Assembly: GCA_963675665.1 (NCBI GenBank)
Contig: OY776510.1
Coordinates: 1,152,001-1,216,000, forward strand
Origin: Spirochaetia bacterium
Lineage (GTDB): Bacteria > Spirochaetota > Spirochaetia > UBA9216
Length of the DNA: 64,000 nucleotides
Direction of reading: 5' to 3'
In this document: positions 30,140 to 39,178 of the stretch, piece by piece
Layout of the letters: the number at the start of each line of letters is the position of its first letter
How positions within the stretch are numbered: the stretch's first letter is position 1
The notes under the pieces: generated by a model
The model's input: only the letters and a program-made list of their open reading frames with translations
Databases searched by the model: none
Told to the model about the DNA's origin: nothing
Position numbers and translations under genes: made by a program

Positions 30140-30934
30140 ATGAATGAATACAGAACAGTTAAATTTCCGAATTCAAGAGTTGCGACCTTTGATGTAGGCA
30201 GAATAGGCGGCCGCAAGCACCTGATTACGGGATTGCTGGAGATTGATGTTACCGAAGCCAGAAACAGGATTAGAACTCATATTAAAAACGGCAGAAATAT
30301 AAGCTTTATATCGTGGCTGATTAAATGCGTCGCCGAAACAGTAGTCCGCGATCCGTCTGTTCAGGCAATAAATAAAGGCAGGGTGAAACAGATAGTTTTT
30401 AACGATGTCGATGTCTCTATCCCCCTTGAACGCGAGGTAGAAGGAATAAAAGTACCGCTGGCTGCATTGATAAAAGGGGCTGATAAAAAAAGCATAGAGG
30501 AAATAAATACGGAGACAGCTGCTTTCCGAAACCAGAAAGTCGATTCGGAAGAGGACTTTGTTCTGGGAAACGAAGGTTCCGGCAGACGCAACAGGCTTTT
30601 TTTTAATATGCCGGGATGGATGCGGATGTTGGTCTGGAAAACCCTTCTGGGCAATCCTTTTATCAGAAAAAAAAATATGGGAACAGTAATTATTACCAAT
30701 GCGGGAATGACGGGCGGAACCTCCGGCTGGATTATTCCCAGGACCATGCACAACCTGGCTGTAGGTATCGGAACTGTAAATAAACGTCCATGGGTTGTAA
30801 AAGGAGAAATATGTATCAGGGATATCATGCATCTGACGGTTCTGTTTGATCATGATGCGGTTGACGGGGCCCCTGCGGCAAGATTCACATCAAGGCTGAC
30901 ACGCAATATTGAGAAGGGAAGGTGGCTGGATTAA
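30140..30934 (+). CDS. Stand-alone 2-oxoacid dehydrogenase E2-like acyltransferase catalytic domain
   Basis: GTVIITNAG and FDHDAVDGAPAARF (variant of DHRxxDG); no lipoyl domain. Confidence 0.8.
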   Translation: MNEYRTVKFPNSRVATFDVGRIGGRKHLITGLLEIDVTEARNRIRTHIKNGRNISFISWLIKCVAETVVRDPSVQAINKGRVKQIVFNDVDVSIPLEREVEGIKVPLAALIKGADKKSIEEINTETAAFRNQKVDSEEDFVLGNEGSGRRNRLFFNMPGWMRMLVWKTLLGNPFIRKKNMGTVIITNAGMTGGTSGWIIPRTMHNLAVGIGTVNKRPWVVKGEICIRDIMHLTVLFDHDAVDGAPAARFTSRLTRNIEKGRWLD

Positions 30935-30990
30935 TTACTGATTTTCAGACATCCTGAAACTGTTGTATAATATCCGGGGAGGATTTAATT

Positions 30991-31530
30991 ATGAATAAAG
31001 TGGTAGTTTATTACTCAGGAAAAGGCAGCAATAAGTATCTGGCCGGTAAAGCAGCAGATGCTCTGGGCTGCAAGGCGGTTGAGATTATGCCCCGTGCTCC
31101 CGGGCTTGTAATTGCTGCTACCATGACGAAAATAAGCCTGGGAATTAAACCAGTCGATATGATTTTTGAAAATTTTGACAGAGTAGTTGTCTGCGGCCCT
31201 CTTTATATCGGCAGCATTGCCGCACCCTGTGCCGATTTTATTCGAAAGTACGGTAAAAAAATAAAGAAACTGGATTTCATTACATGCTGCGGCAGCAGCG
31301 ATGAAAAGAAAGATGAAAAACTCGGATACGGAAAGGCTTTTGAGAAACTTAAATTAAGTCTTGGAAACAAGGCCGGGTTGTTTGAAGCCTTTCCTGTAGG
31401 ACTTGTTTTGTCTGAAGAGCAAAGGGAAGATGACGAAGCAATGATGAATGCCCGGTTTGACGATACCAATTTTACAGGCGCCGTAAAAGAAAGGCTTGAC
31501 GCATTTACAGAAAAATTAATTCACGCGTAA
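30991..31530 (+). CDS. Flavodoxin-like protein
   Basis: VVYYSGKGSN phosphate loop, GPLYIG, FITCCGS. Confidence 0.75.
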   Translation: MNKVVVYYSGKGSNKYLAGKAADALGCKAVEIMPRAPGLVIAATMTKISLGIKPVDMIFENFDRVVVCGPLYIGSIAAPCADFIRKYGKKIKKLDFITCCGSSDEKKDEKLGYGKAFEKLKLSLGNKAGLFEAFPVGLVLSEEQREDDEAMMNARFDDTNFTGAVKERLDAFTEKLIHA

Positions 31531-32163
31531 ACCCGCAAGATATATTTTGATTGTATCTTTTAAAAAACTGTTGAAATTGATCCTGAAACGGGTCAGTCCC
31601 GTTTCCTCAATTATTTTGAGCTGGGTTTCGCTAACCTGCGACATCGGCCAGACACCTGCAACAAGGGCCAGGCACAGCTTGATGAAATCCATTGTTTCTT
31701 CCGGTTTCATTTTTGGGCGCGCGACGGCAACAGCTTTCGCTATCCTTTCAGCCTGTTCGGCAATTTGCAGCTTGGCGTTCCGGTATACCTCCTCCGACGA
31801 ATTACGTTCCAGGGACACCGCCAGAATCGGTGATAATTCAAGAAAGCGTTTGTTGCCTTCAATCAGATTTGTCAGGCGCTCTGTGAATAAACCGATAGAC
31901 ATTTCATTGTTGAAAACAGAACACGCCCCGTCTGCAATATCCGTAAGGTCCGCAATGTAGATTTTCAGGAAAATCTCTTCTTTTGTTTTAAAATAACGGT
32001 AAATATTAGACAGGGTAAAATCCGCCGCTTTCGCGATTTTCTGCAGGGTAATTTTATCATAGGCTTCAGTGCGAAAAAGCTTTTCGGCTGCAGCAAGAAG
32101 ATCTCCGGTTCGCTGTTCGATCTGTTCACTTTTTCGCGCGCGCTGCCAGTTCTTTCTGCTCAT
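31516..32163 (-). CDS. TetR/AcrR-family regulator
   Basis: N-terminal HTH ITLQKIAKAADFTLSNIYRYFKTKEEIF. Confidence 0.92.
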   Translation of the reverse strand: MSRKNWQRARKSEQIEQRTGDLLAAAEKLFRTEAYDKITLQKIAKAADFTLSNIYRYFKTKEEIFLKIYIADLTDIADGACSVFNNEMSIGLFTERLTNLIEGNKRFLELSPILAVSLERNSSEEVYRNAKLQIAEQAERIAKAVAVARPKMKPEETMDFIKLCLALVAGVWPMSQVSETQLKIIEETGLTRFRINFNSFLKDTIKIYLAGLRVN

Positions 32164-32170
32164 TTCTCTA

Positions 32171-32998
32171 TTACAGCATTGATGATATCATTATGTCAAA
32201 GATCCTGTCGCTTAAAATTTTTCTCAGAAAAATTGAAGATCCGGCCATATGTCCTGTAGCATATCTTGTTTTTGGCCTTTTTGCCTTTATGGCCTTTAGA
32301 ATTGTTCCTGAAACTACTGATGCATCAGACAGACTGCCTCCCCGGTACATCTTTTCGAGCCTGTCGGCCGACAGGACGGCTGATTCGGCATATGCTCCTT
32401 CAGCTGAGGTTTTTTTCAGGTTTTCCGCGGCAATTATTCCCCAGTCGGTTTTTATTCCGCCCGGTTCAATAATAATCGCGTCTATTCCGAACCCTTTGGT
32501 TTCAAGTCTGAGACAGTCGGTCAGCCCTTCCAGCGCATGTTTTGTTGCGTGATACCAGCCCCCGAACGGAGAATAGATTTTTCCCGCCATTGATGAAATA
32601 TTCACAATTTTACCGTACCTGTTTTTTCTCATTCCCGGCAGGACAAGCTGGGTTATCCGTGCCAGGCCGAAGATGTTAACCTCAAACTGCCTTTTTGCTT
32701 CTTCAATTGGAACATCCTCAATTGTTCCGTATGACCCGTATCCCGCATTGTTGACAAGAATATCAATGGAACTCTCTTTATTAAGAATTGAATTAATTCC
32801 TGTTTTTATGGATTCTTCATTTGTTATGTCCATTGAAACAGGTACAGCGCCTTTTGCAGCAAGATCGTCCATTTTTTCTACCCGTCGGGCTGCAACATAA
32901 ACCTTTGCTCCTGTCTTAAGCAGTTCTTCTGCTGTGGATTTTCCTATACCCGAGGATGCACCTGTTACCAGGACTGTTTTTCCCTGTATTGACGGCAT
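32171..32998 (-). CDS. Short-chain dehydrogenase/reductase
   Basis: TGASSGIG, NNAG, YHATK, IEPGGIKT. Confidence 0.95.
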   Translation of the reverse strand: MPSIQGKTVLVTGASSGIGKSTAEELLKTGAKVYVAARRVEKMDDLAAKGAVPVSMDITNEESIKTGINSILNKESSIDILVNNAGYGSYGTIEDVPIEEAKRQFEVNIFGLARITQLVLPGMRKNRYGKIVNISSMAGKIYSPFGGWYHATKHALEGLTDCLRLETKGFGIDAIIIEPGGIKTDWGIIAAENLKKTSAEGAYAESAVLSADRLEKMYRGGSLSDASVVSGTILKAIKAKRPKTRYATGHMAGSSIFLRKILSDRIFDIMISSML

Positions 32999-33026
32999 TT
33001 TTCCCTCCGTTGATTAATCTTATAAA

Positions 33027-33092
33027 AGAAACTGTTTCTCTTATAATTTTAAAATAAGTGAAACAGTTTCTCTTGTCAAGAGAAACTGTTTA
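33027..33092. promoter_or_regulatory. Triple palindromic operator (GAAACwGTTT) over the SDR-TetR promoter
   Basis: AGAAACTGTTTCT 33027, GAAACAGTTTCTC 33060, AGAGAAACTGTTT 33079; these flank a minus-strand TTGACA (33074-33079) and TATTTT at 17-nt spacing. Confidence 0.75.
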
Positions 33093-33105
33093 TAAAACTG
33101 TAAAT

Positions 33106-33137
33106 AAAAAAAAACCGCCTCCTGTCGGAAGCGGCTG
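33106..33137 (-). terminator. Intrinsic terminator of pstS
   Basis: Minus strand GCCGCTTCC-GACA-GGAGGCGG followed by a long T run. Confidence 0.8.
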
Positions 33138-33175
33138 TTCACTTTTTTGTTATGAATGACTGAGTTTAAGTATAA

Positions 33176-34012
33176 CTATGGAAGGGCAATAAACCCTTCG
33201 TCTTCAGCGATAGTCTGTCCGTCGGAACCGAGAAGGTAGCCGATGAATTCGGCGGCAAAACCTTCGGGTTTGCCGAGGGTGATAACATTGAGTTTTCTTG
33301 AAATTTTATATTCTCCGCTGAGAATGTTGGGAACTGTGGGTTCTGAACCGTCTATAAGAACAGTTTTTGCACCGCTGCTGATTGCTTTATCAACATAACC
33401 GAGACCGCAGAACCCGATTGCATCGGGTGTTGACCCGACCTTTGTTACCATGTCTCCGTTGGATTCAACAGTAATCGCATCCTTGATAAATTCAGCCTCT
33501 TTTCCGAAAACCTTGTGAAGGGTAAGTTCCATAAAAGCTACTCTTGTTCCCGAAGCTTCATCCCTGTTTACTACAACGATAGCTTTATCCGCCCCGCCTA
33601 CCTCTTTCCAGTTTGTAATCTCTCCTGTGTAGATTCCGGCAATCTGTTCCCGGGTAAGGTTGTCAACAAGAACACTGTTGTTTGCTACTACAGCAATACC
33701 GTCAAGAGCGATGGGAGTTGCAACTGCTCCTGCTTCAATTTCCGCATCTTTGAGTTCTCTTGATGCTCCGCCGATGATATACACACCGTCGATTGCTCCC
33801 TGAACGCCTACTGATGAACCCTGGGCTTCATAAGAAAGCCGAACGGAAGAATCAACGGCTTCGTATGCTTCAATAGCGCTTCTTATTATCGGTTCAACAG
33901 TAGTAGAACCGCCCATAGCATAGCTTACTGAGGCAGTTTCCTGCTGTCCGCCCGCAATGACACCTGCAGTTACTACTGTAAGAGCAATTAAAATCATTAT
34001 AAATTTCTTCAT
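33176..34012 (-). CDS. pstS: Phosphate ABC transporter substrate-binding protein
   Basis: Signal peptide, GSTTV, GSSVG, ASREL, GEITNWKEVGG, RDEASGT. Confidence 0.93.
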   Translation of the reverse strand: MKKFIMILIALTVVTAGVIAGGQQETASVSYAMGGSTTVEPIIRSAIEAYEAVDSSVRLSYEAQGSSVGVQGAIDGVYIIGGASRELKDAEIEAGAVATPIALDGIAVVANNSVLVDNLTREQIAGIYTGEITNWKEVGGADKAIVVVNRDEASGTRVAFMELTLHKVFGKEAEFIKDAITVESNGDMVTKVGSTPDAIGFCGLGYVDKAISSGAKTVLIDGSEPTVPNILSGEYKISRKLNVITLGKPEGFAAEFIGYLLGSDGQTIAEDEGFIALP

Positions 34013-34061
34013 TTTTCTCTCCTTATAGAGTAATATTCATAGAGGCATCATGGGTGCTGAC

Positions 34062-34100
34062 TGTAATCAATTTGTTAGTGTTATGTTAAATAAATGTTAA
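34062..34100 (-). promoter_or_regulatory. Pho box upstream of pstS
   Basis: Four repeats TTAACA/TTAACA/CTAACA/ATTACA at exact 11-bp period (plus-strand starts 34095, 34084, 34073, 34062). Confidence 0.82.
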
Positions 34101-34132
34101 AAGATAAAATTCTTTAAAAAAGGAAGGTTCTT

Positions 34133-34942
34133 ATGAACTGGTTTCTGGCGCAAAACCATATTATGCAGGCTTTTTTAGCGACATTATTCACCTGGGCGGT
34201 GACCGCCCTCGGATCAGCAGTTGTCTTCTTTTTTAAGTCAATAAACAAAAAGGTTCTTGATGCCATGCTCGGATTTGCGGCGGGCGTTATGATTGCTGCA
34301 AGTTACTGGTCGCTTCTGGCGCCGGCTATTGAGATGTCTGAAGCCCGGGGAGGAACCCCATGGATTCCGGCGGTAATAGGATTTTTGCTTGGCGGTGTTT
34401 TTCTGTTTGCCGCTGACAAACTGATACCTCATGTTCATCCGGGATTTAAAAAGGGTGAAACAGAGGGGCCAAAAACAAGTCTTCAGCGGAGCGTGCTTCT
34501 GGTACTTGCAATAACCCTTCATAATTTTCCCGAAGGCCTGGCCGTCGGTGTTGCCTTCGGCGCCGCTGCTGCGGGACTTCCTTCGGCCGCAATAGGCGGT
34601 GCAATTGCGCTTGCAATAGGTATAGGAATACAGAACTTTCCGGAAGGCGCAGCTGTTTCCATCCCGTTGCGCCGTGAGGGATTATCGCGGCGAAGGGCCT
34701 TCATGTATGGCCAGTCCTCGGGGATTGTTGAGCCGATTGCGGGTGTACTGGGTGCCTTTGCAGTTGTCAGGATGGAACCGATTCTCCCGTATGCGCTTGC
34801 ATTCGCCGCCGGTGCGATGATCTATGTGGTTATAGAAGAACTCATACCCGAATCACAATCAGGCAGGCATTCCGATATTGCCACAATAGGTACGATGCTG
34901 GGGTTTTCCGTAATGATGCTGTTAGATGTGGCGCTGGGTTAG
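34133..34942 (+). CDS. ZIP-family divalent metal transporter (ZupT/GufA)
   Basis: [34 protein letters not shown]. Confidence 0.93.
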   Translation: MNWFLAQNHIMQAFLATLFTWAVTALGSAVVFFFKSINKKVLDAMLGFAAGVMIAASYWSLLAPAIEMSEARGGTPWIPAVIGFLLGGVFLFAADKLIPHVHPGFKKGETEGPKTSLQRSVLLVLAITLHNFPEGLAVGVAFGAAAAGLPSAAIGGAIALAIGIGIQNFPEGAAVSIPLRREGLSRRRAFMYGQSSGIVEPIAGVLGAFAVVRMEPILPYALAFAAGAMIYVVIEELIPESQSGRHSDIATIGTMLGFSVMMLLDVALG

Positions 34943-35308
34943 AAAAAGCCCGGCTGCAGCTGCAGCTATCCCGATACCGAAATTAAGACCCACATTAAGA
35001 ACGGCATTGAACCCGCTGCTTTTTTGAAACAGTTCCACAGTTTCAACCGAAAAAGTGGAAAAAGTTGTAAGCGCCCCGAGAAAACCTGTTCCGATCATAA
35101 GTTTTACGCCCGGGGAAATGTTCCATGAGGACGAGCTTCCTGCAAGAAGCCCCAGTAAAAAGCAGCCTGCAGCGTTGACTGTAAGCGTGCCCAGCGGAAA
35201 GGTTCCGCCGGAAAGACGGATCACAAGAACGGATATCCAGTAACGGGCGTTGCTTCCGATGAATCCGCCGATGCCGAGAAAGAGAATTTTTCTTAATGCT
35301 TCCGTCAT
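34922..35308 (-). CDS. crcB: Fluoride channel Fluc/CrcB
   Basis: [32 protein letters not shown]. Confidence 0.95.
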   Translation of the reverse strand: MTEALRKILFLGIGGFIGSNARYWISVLVIRLSGGTFPLGTLTVNAAGCFLLGLLAGSSSSWNISPGVKLMIGTGFLGALTTFSTFSVETVELFQKSSGFNAVLNVGLNFGIGIAAAAAGLFLTQRHI

Positions 35309-35417
35309 AAGCCGATGATAACATTTAACTTATGCTTGTTCCAGAAGTATTGAAAAAGTGTACGGCAGATGCCGGTGAAAAACGGATAGAGTTTAATTAA
35401 ACGGGATTGCTGAGCGG

Positions 35418-35960
35418 TTACGGTTTCAGGAGTTCGAATTTGCCCTCGTTTTTGTTTTTACGCACATTGTCCCAGCTGAATACCGAAGCATTCATAACGA
35501 TATAAACCCCCGGGGAAAGAAGCTGAACGGCTGAAAACGCCGAACCCAGGTTAAACAGCGCGTCCGATCCTGAAATCGTGTACGGAACCATTGCTCCGGT
35601 CAGCACAATAGTCTTGTCCGAAAGACTGCCGCAGGAAGCCGGTTCACTGTATCTGAAAGCTTCACCAAGCAGTTCCGCTGTTCTGCACATTGTGTCTGTG
35701 CCGTGGGTAATGATGATCCTGTTCTGCCCGGACATTTCACATGAATAAATTATGCTTCTTCGTACATCATCCGTCATCTCAAGACTGTCAATCAGAATAC
35801 GGTTTTCAATTTCTATCCCGGTATTGGGGCGCACTATATTCAGAATTTCCGGGAGGTGTGTTTCCTGAAAATCGAGGACTCCCTTTATAGCATCATATTT
35901 TTTATCAAAGGTTCCGCCTGTGGCAATAATCCTGATGCCTTCTGTTTTTTCAGATGCCAT
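35418..35960 (-). CDS. Asparaginase N-domain-only protein
   Basis: ATGGTFDK, IDSLEM, HGTDTM, TGAM; lacks the C-terminal domain. Confidence 0.88.
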   Translation of the reverse strand: MASEKTEGIRIIATGGTFDKKYDAIKGVLDFQETHLPEILNIVRPNTGIEIENRILIDSLEMTDDVRRSIIYSCEMSGQNRIIITHGTDTMCRTAELLGEAFRYSEPASCGSLSDKTIVLTGAMVPYTISGSDALFNLGSAFSAVQLLSPGVYIVMNASVFSWDNVRKNKNEGKFELLKP

Positions 35961-35988
35961 GAATACTCCTGTTTGCAGGTTGCGGGTT

Positions 35989-36564
35989 TTACCTCAGACG
36001 ACCGCCGGATCCGTTAATCAGGCTGAGAAATTCAAGCCTTGTAGCTTCGCTTTTCCGGAAAGTTCCCAGCACGGAAGATGTCGTCATTACCGAATTCTGT
36101 TTTTCAACACCGCGCATCATCATGCACATGTGCCGACATTCCATGACTACGCCTACGCCTTCGGGAGCAACTGCGTCGGAAACTGCTTCGGCGACCTGTT
36201 CGGTAAGGTTTTCCTGTATCTGGAGCCGGCGGGCGAAGTGATCAACTATACGGGCAAGCTTGCTTACCCCTATGATCTTGTCGCTGGCCACATAACCGAT
36301 ATGACATTTACCGAAAAAAGGCAGCATATGATGTTCGCAAAGGCTGTAAACCTCAATGTCGCGCACGATTATCATATTATTGGATGTTGACTCGAATACT
36401 GCATTATTAATTACAGTTTCAAGATCTCCCCGGTACCCGCCGGTCAGGAACTGCCAGGATTTTGCCGCCCGTTCGGGTGTGTTCAAAAGTCCTTCGCGCT
36501 TCGGATCTTCTCCAATCTCAATCAGCAGCTCACGGATTAATCCTTCAACCTTTTTTAAGTTCAT
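35989..36564 (-). CDS. folE: GTP cyclohydrolase I
   Basis: [36 protein letters not shown]. Confidence 0.97.
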   Translation of the reverse strand: MNLKKVEGLIRELLIEIGEDPKREGLLNTPERAAKSWQFLTGGYRGDLETVINNAVFESTSNNMIIVRDIEVYSLCEHHMLPFFGKCHIGYVASDKIIGVSKLARIVDHFARRLQIQENLTEQVAEAVSDAVAPEGVGVVMECRHMCMMMRGVEKQNSVMTTSSVLGTFRKSEATRLEFLSLINGSGGRLR

Positions 36565-36569
36565 TTCCG

Positions 36570-37178
36570 TTAAATCCTGACAAGCGCCGCATCTATTTCG
36601 GCGGCAAGCTCGGTATAGTTAAGCGCTACCGGAAGGTCCGGGTTTTCCTCTATTATGCTTTTGGGCGGGGTAAAAAGAATACCCGCATCGGCTTTTCTGA
36701 TCATTGAAAGGTCGTTGTAGGAATCGCCGGCGGCAATAACCTTCATGCCCATAGAGTGAAACCCTTCTACGGCTTTACGTTTGCCGTCCTTCTGTCTGAG
36801 CCTGTAACCGGAAATTCTTCCGTCAGCCGCAACTTCAAGGGTGTTACAGAAAAGGGTCGGCCAGTCAAGCTTTTTCATCAGCGGTTTTGCGAACTGCTCA
36901 AATGTATCGGACAGTATGATTACCTGCGTTTTGGCGCGCAGGCCGGCAATAAAATCCACGGCACCGTCAAGCGGATCCATTCCGCCGATAACCCTCTGGA
37001 TATCAGGAAGTTTAAGTCCGTTCGCATCCAGAATATCAATCCTGTAGTTCATCAGTTTGTCATAATCCGGTTCGTCCCGGGTTGTTTTTTTCAATTCGTC
37101 AATACCGGTATCAATTGCAAAATTGATCCATATTTCGGGGACGAGGACCCCTTCAAGGTCAAGGCATACAAGTTTCAT
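36570..37178 (-). CDS. thrH: Phosphoserine phosphatase/homoserine phosphotransferase (HAD)
   Basis: [35 protein letters not shown]. Confidence 0.93.
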   Translation of the reverse strand: MKLVCLDLEGVLVPEIWINFAIDTGIDELKKTTRDEPDYDKLMNYRIDILDANGLKLPDIQRVIGGMDPLDGAVDFIAGLRAKTQVIILSDTFEQFAKPLMKKLDWPTLFCNTLEVAADGRISGYRLRQKDGKRKAVEGFHSMGMKVIAAGDSYNDLSMIRKADAGILFTPPKSIIEENPDLPVALNYTELAAEIDAALVRI

Positions 37179-37239
37179 TATTCCTCCAATTCATTCCGCC
37201 GTGTTAAACAGGTTTAAGTTTGAACCTGGATCTTCAAGG

Positions 37240-37974
37240 TCAGTAACCTTTGTTCGGCAGAGCTCCGGCTACAATGGCCCAGAGTCTTTCACTAAGCTGT
37301 TTCCGCTCTTCATCATTAAGATTCACGGTATCAATATAAGGGTGGACCGTCAGCGACAACTCCGCCGGCCATATTTTTTTTCTTTCCTCATAGGTTTTAT
37401 AAGTTCCGTTTATTGTTACGGGAACTATGGTTAATCCGGCTTTTGCCGCGAGCAGAATGCTGCCGGGTTTAAACGGGGCCATTTTCTCACATCTGCTTCG
37501 TGTTCCTTCCGGGAAAATTACCTTGGGGTATCCTTTGGTTGCTTCTGCAATTCCGACTTCAATGTCGCGCATTGCCTTTCTGAAATTACCGCGATCAATA
37601 AACATGCAATGAACGGCCCTCATCCATAAACCGAGAATAGGCACCTTGCTGAGTTCGCGTTTGGCAATGAATCCGATTGTCGTCGGCAGATTGGCCATCA
37701 TGAACGGAATGTCCGCGTATCCCTGGTGGTTTCCTATGTAGATTATACGGTTGTGTTCCGGAAGGTTTTCCAGCCCTGTTACCGTCATTTTACAGCGGGC
37801 AAGGAGAAATACGAATTTACCCCAGGTTGAAGTTGCCCAATGCGTGAACCGGTTGAATCCTTTTTCCATTCGAAATAATTTCAGCAACCAGTACGGTATA
37901 AACAGCAAAATTGAAAGCAGCATGAATATGCCGAAAAACAACCCGAAAAACACCGTATTTAGCGTATATTTCAT
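37240..37974 (-). CDS. plsC: 1-acyl-sn-glycerol-3-phosphate acyltransferase
   Basis: NHQGYAD, FIDR, FPEGTRS. Confidence 0.92.
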   Translation of the reverse strand: MKYTLNTVFFGLFFGIFMLLSILLFIPYWLLKLFRMEKGFNRFTHWATSTWGKFVFLLARCKMTVTGLENLPEHNRIIYIGNHQGYADIPFMMANLPTTIGFIAKRELSKVPILGLWMRAVHCMFIDRGNFRKAMRDIEVGIAEATKGYPKVIFPEGTRSRCEKMAPFKPGSILLAAKAGLTIVPVTINGTYKTYEERKKIWPAELSLTVHPYIDTVNLNDEERKQLSERLWAIVAGALPNKGY

Positions 37975-38053
37975 GCTCGAATCTTACTTTATTGTCGTAT
38001 GCTTGGCAATCCCGTTTAAGGGCTGTATACTGGTTGCCGATCCGGAGGGAAAT

Positions 38054-39178
38054 ATGCAGTTGTTTAATGATATAAAATCACACAACCCTGAGCTTTATAA
38101 GGCTGCGGAGATTGCAGTACGTGATGTTCTGTGTGTTAAAAAAGATGAAAAGGTCCTGATTGTAACAAATCCGACAGGCGATGTGGCCGAGATCTCATAT
38201 GCGCTCTATGATGCGGCGCTGAAAGCCGGGGGAAGACCGGTTCTGATGTTTCAGCCGGTAAAGGATCAGATGAGCTTTGCTTCAGACGAGGTAATAGGGG
38301 CTATAAAATCCGAACCTGAAATTATCATTTCAATGAGCGCCGATAAAATAGGAAAGGATAAGGCGGCCATTGTTAATCCGTATACAACCGAAGAGGGTAA
38401 AAAGATTGATAATACCTTTCACTACCTGATGGAAACAAAGAAAACACGTGCTTTCTGGTCGCCGGGAGTAACCAAAGATTTGTTCAAAAGTACAGTGCCG
38501 ATTGACTACAAGAGGCTGAAAACAGAAGCGGATGCGGTAAAGGATATTTTAAACAGGGCTGTTTCGGTCAAAATAACCAGCCCGGGCGGAACCGATCTGA
38601 CAATAGGGCTGAAAGGCCGCGAGGCTATGCTGGACAACGGGGATTTCTCGGTTCCCGGTGAAGGCGGGAATCTTCCCGCAGGCGAAACTTTTATTTCTCC
38701 CGAACTCGGAACATCGGAAGGCCGGCTCGTTTTCGACGGCAGTATCTCGCTGTATAACGGAGATATGCTTTTAAAGGATCCTGTTGTTCTAAGTGTTGCC
38801 GGCGGCTTTGTTTCTGAAATCAGCGGCGGTGAGGGGGCGGCCAAACTTCTCGAAACTATAGAGCTGGGTGAAAAAAATGCGATAGAGTTTGAGAAGGCCG
38901 GAAAAACTCCTTCCGGAAGCGGTGAAATGTATAAAAAGAATGCCCGCAACCTGGGCGAACTCGGAATAGGACTGAATCCGGCTGCCGGCATAATCGGTAA
39001 TATGCTCGGCGATGAAAAAGCATACAGGACAATACATATTGCAATAGGTTCGAACTATGATGATGACGCAAAGGCGTTAATTCACTGCGACTGTCTTGTA
39101 AAAGATCCGACGGTTACGGCAAACTTTGCCGACGGCAGCAAGACTGTTTTTCTTGATAACGGAGAGCTTAAGCTTTAG
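38054..39178 (+). CDS. Leucyl aminopeptidase-like metallopeptidase (M29/AmpS-like)
   Basis: GNLPAGETF, LGELGIGLNP, DEK..TIHIAIG, IHCD; SD GGAGGG before ATG 38054. Confidence 0.85.
   Translation: MQLFNDIKSHNPELYKAAEIAVRDVLCVKKDEKVLIVTNPTGDVAEISYALYDAALKAGGRPVLMFQPVKDQMSFASDEVIGAIKSEPEIIISMSADKIGKDKAAIVNPYTTEEGKKIDNTFHYLMETKKTRAFWSPGVTKDLFKSTVPIDYKRLKTEADAVKDILNRAVSVKITSPGGTDLTIGLKGREAMLDNGDFSVPGEGGNLPAGETFISPELGTSEGRLVFDGSISLYNGDMLLKDPVVLSVAGGFVSEISGGEGAAKLLETIELGEKNAIEFEKAGKTPSGSGEMYKKNARNLGELGIGLNPAAGIIGNMLGDEKAYRTIHIAIGSNYDDDAKALIHCDCLVKDPTVTANFADGSKTVFLDNGELKL

Noticed and set aside
30173-30853. 226-aa minus-strand ORF
   Set aside because: Entirely antisense to the E2-like gene, with no recognisable features.
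35309-35417. Fluoride riboswitch upstream of crcB
   Set aside because: No GGCGATGG...-type core seen, and the -10 box lies 6 nt from the ATG, leaving no leader.
37751-38053. 101-aa N-terminal extension of the aminopeptidase
   Set aside because: Overlaps plsC antisense; a strong SD precedes ATG 38054.
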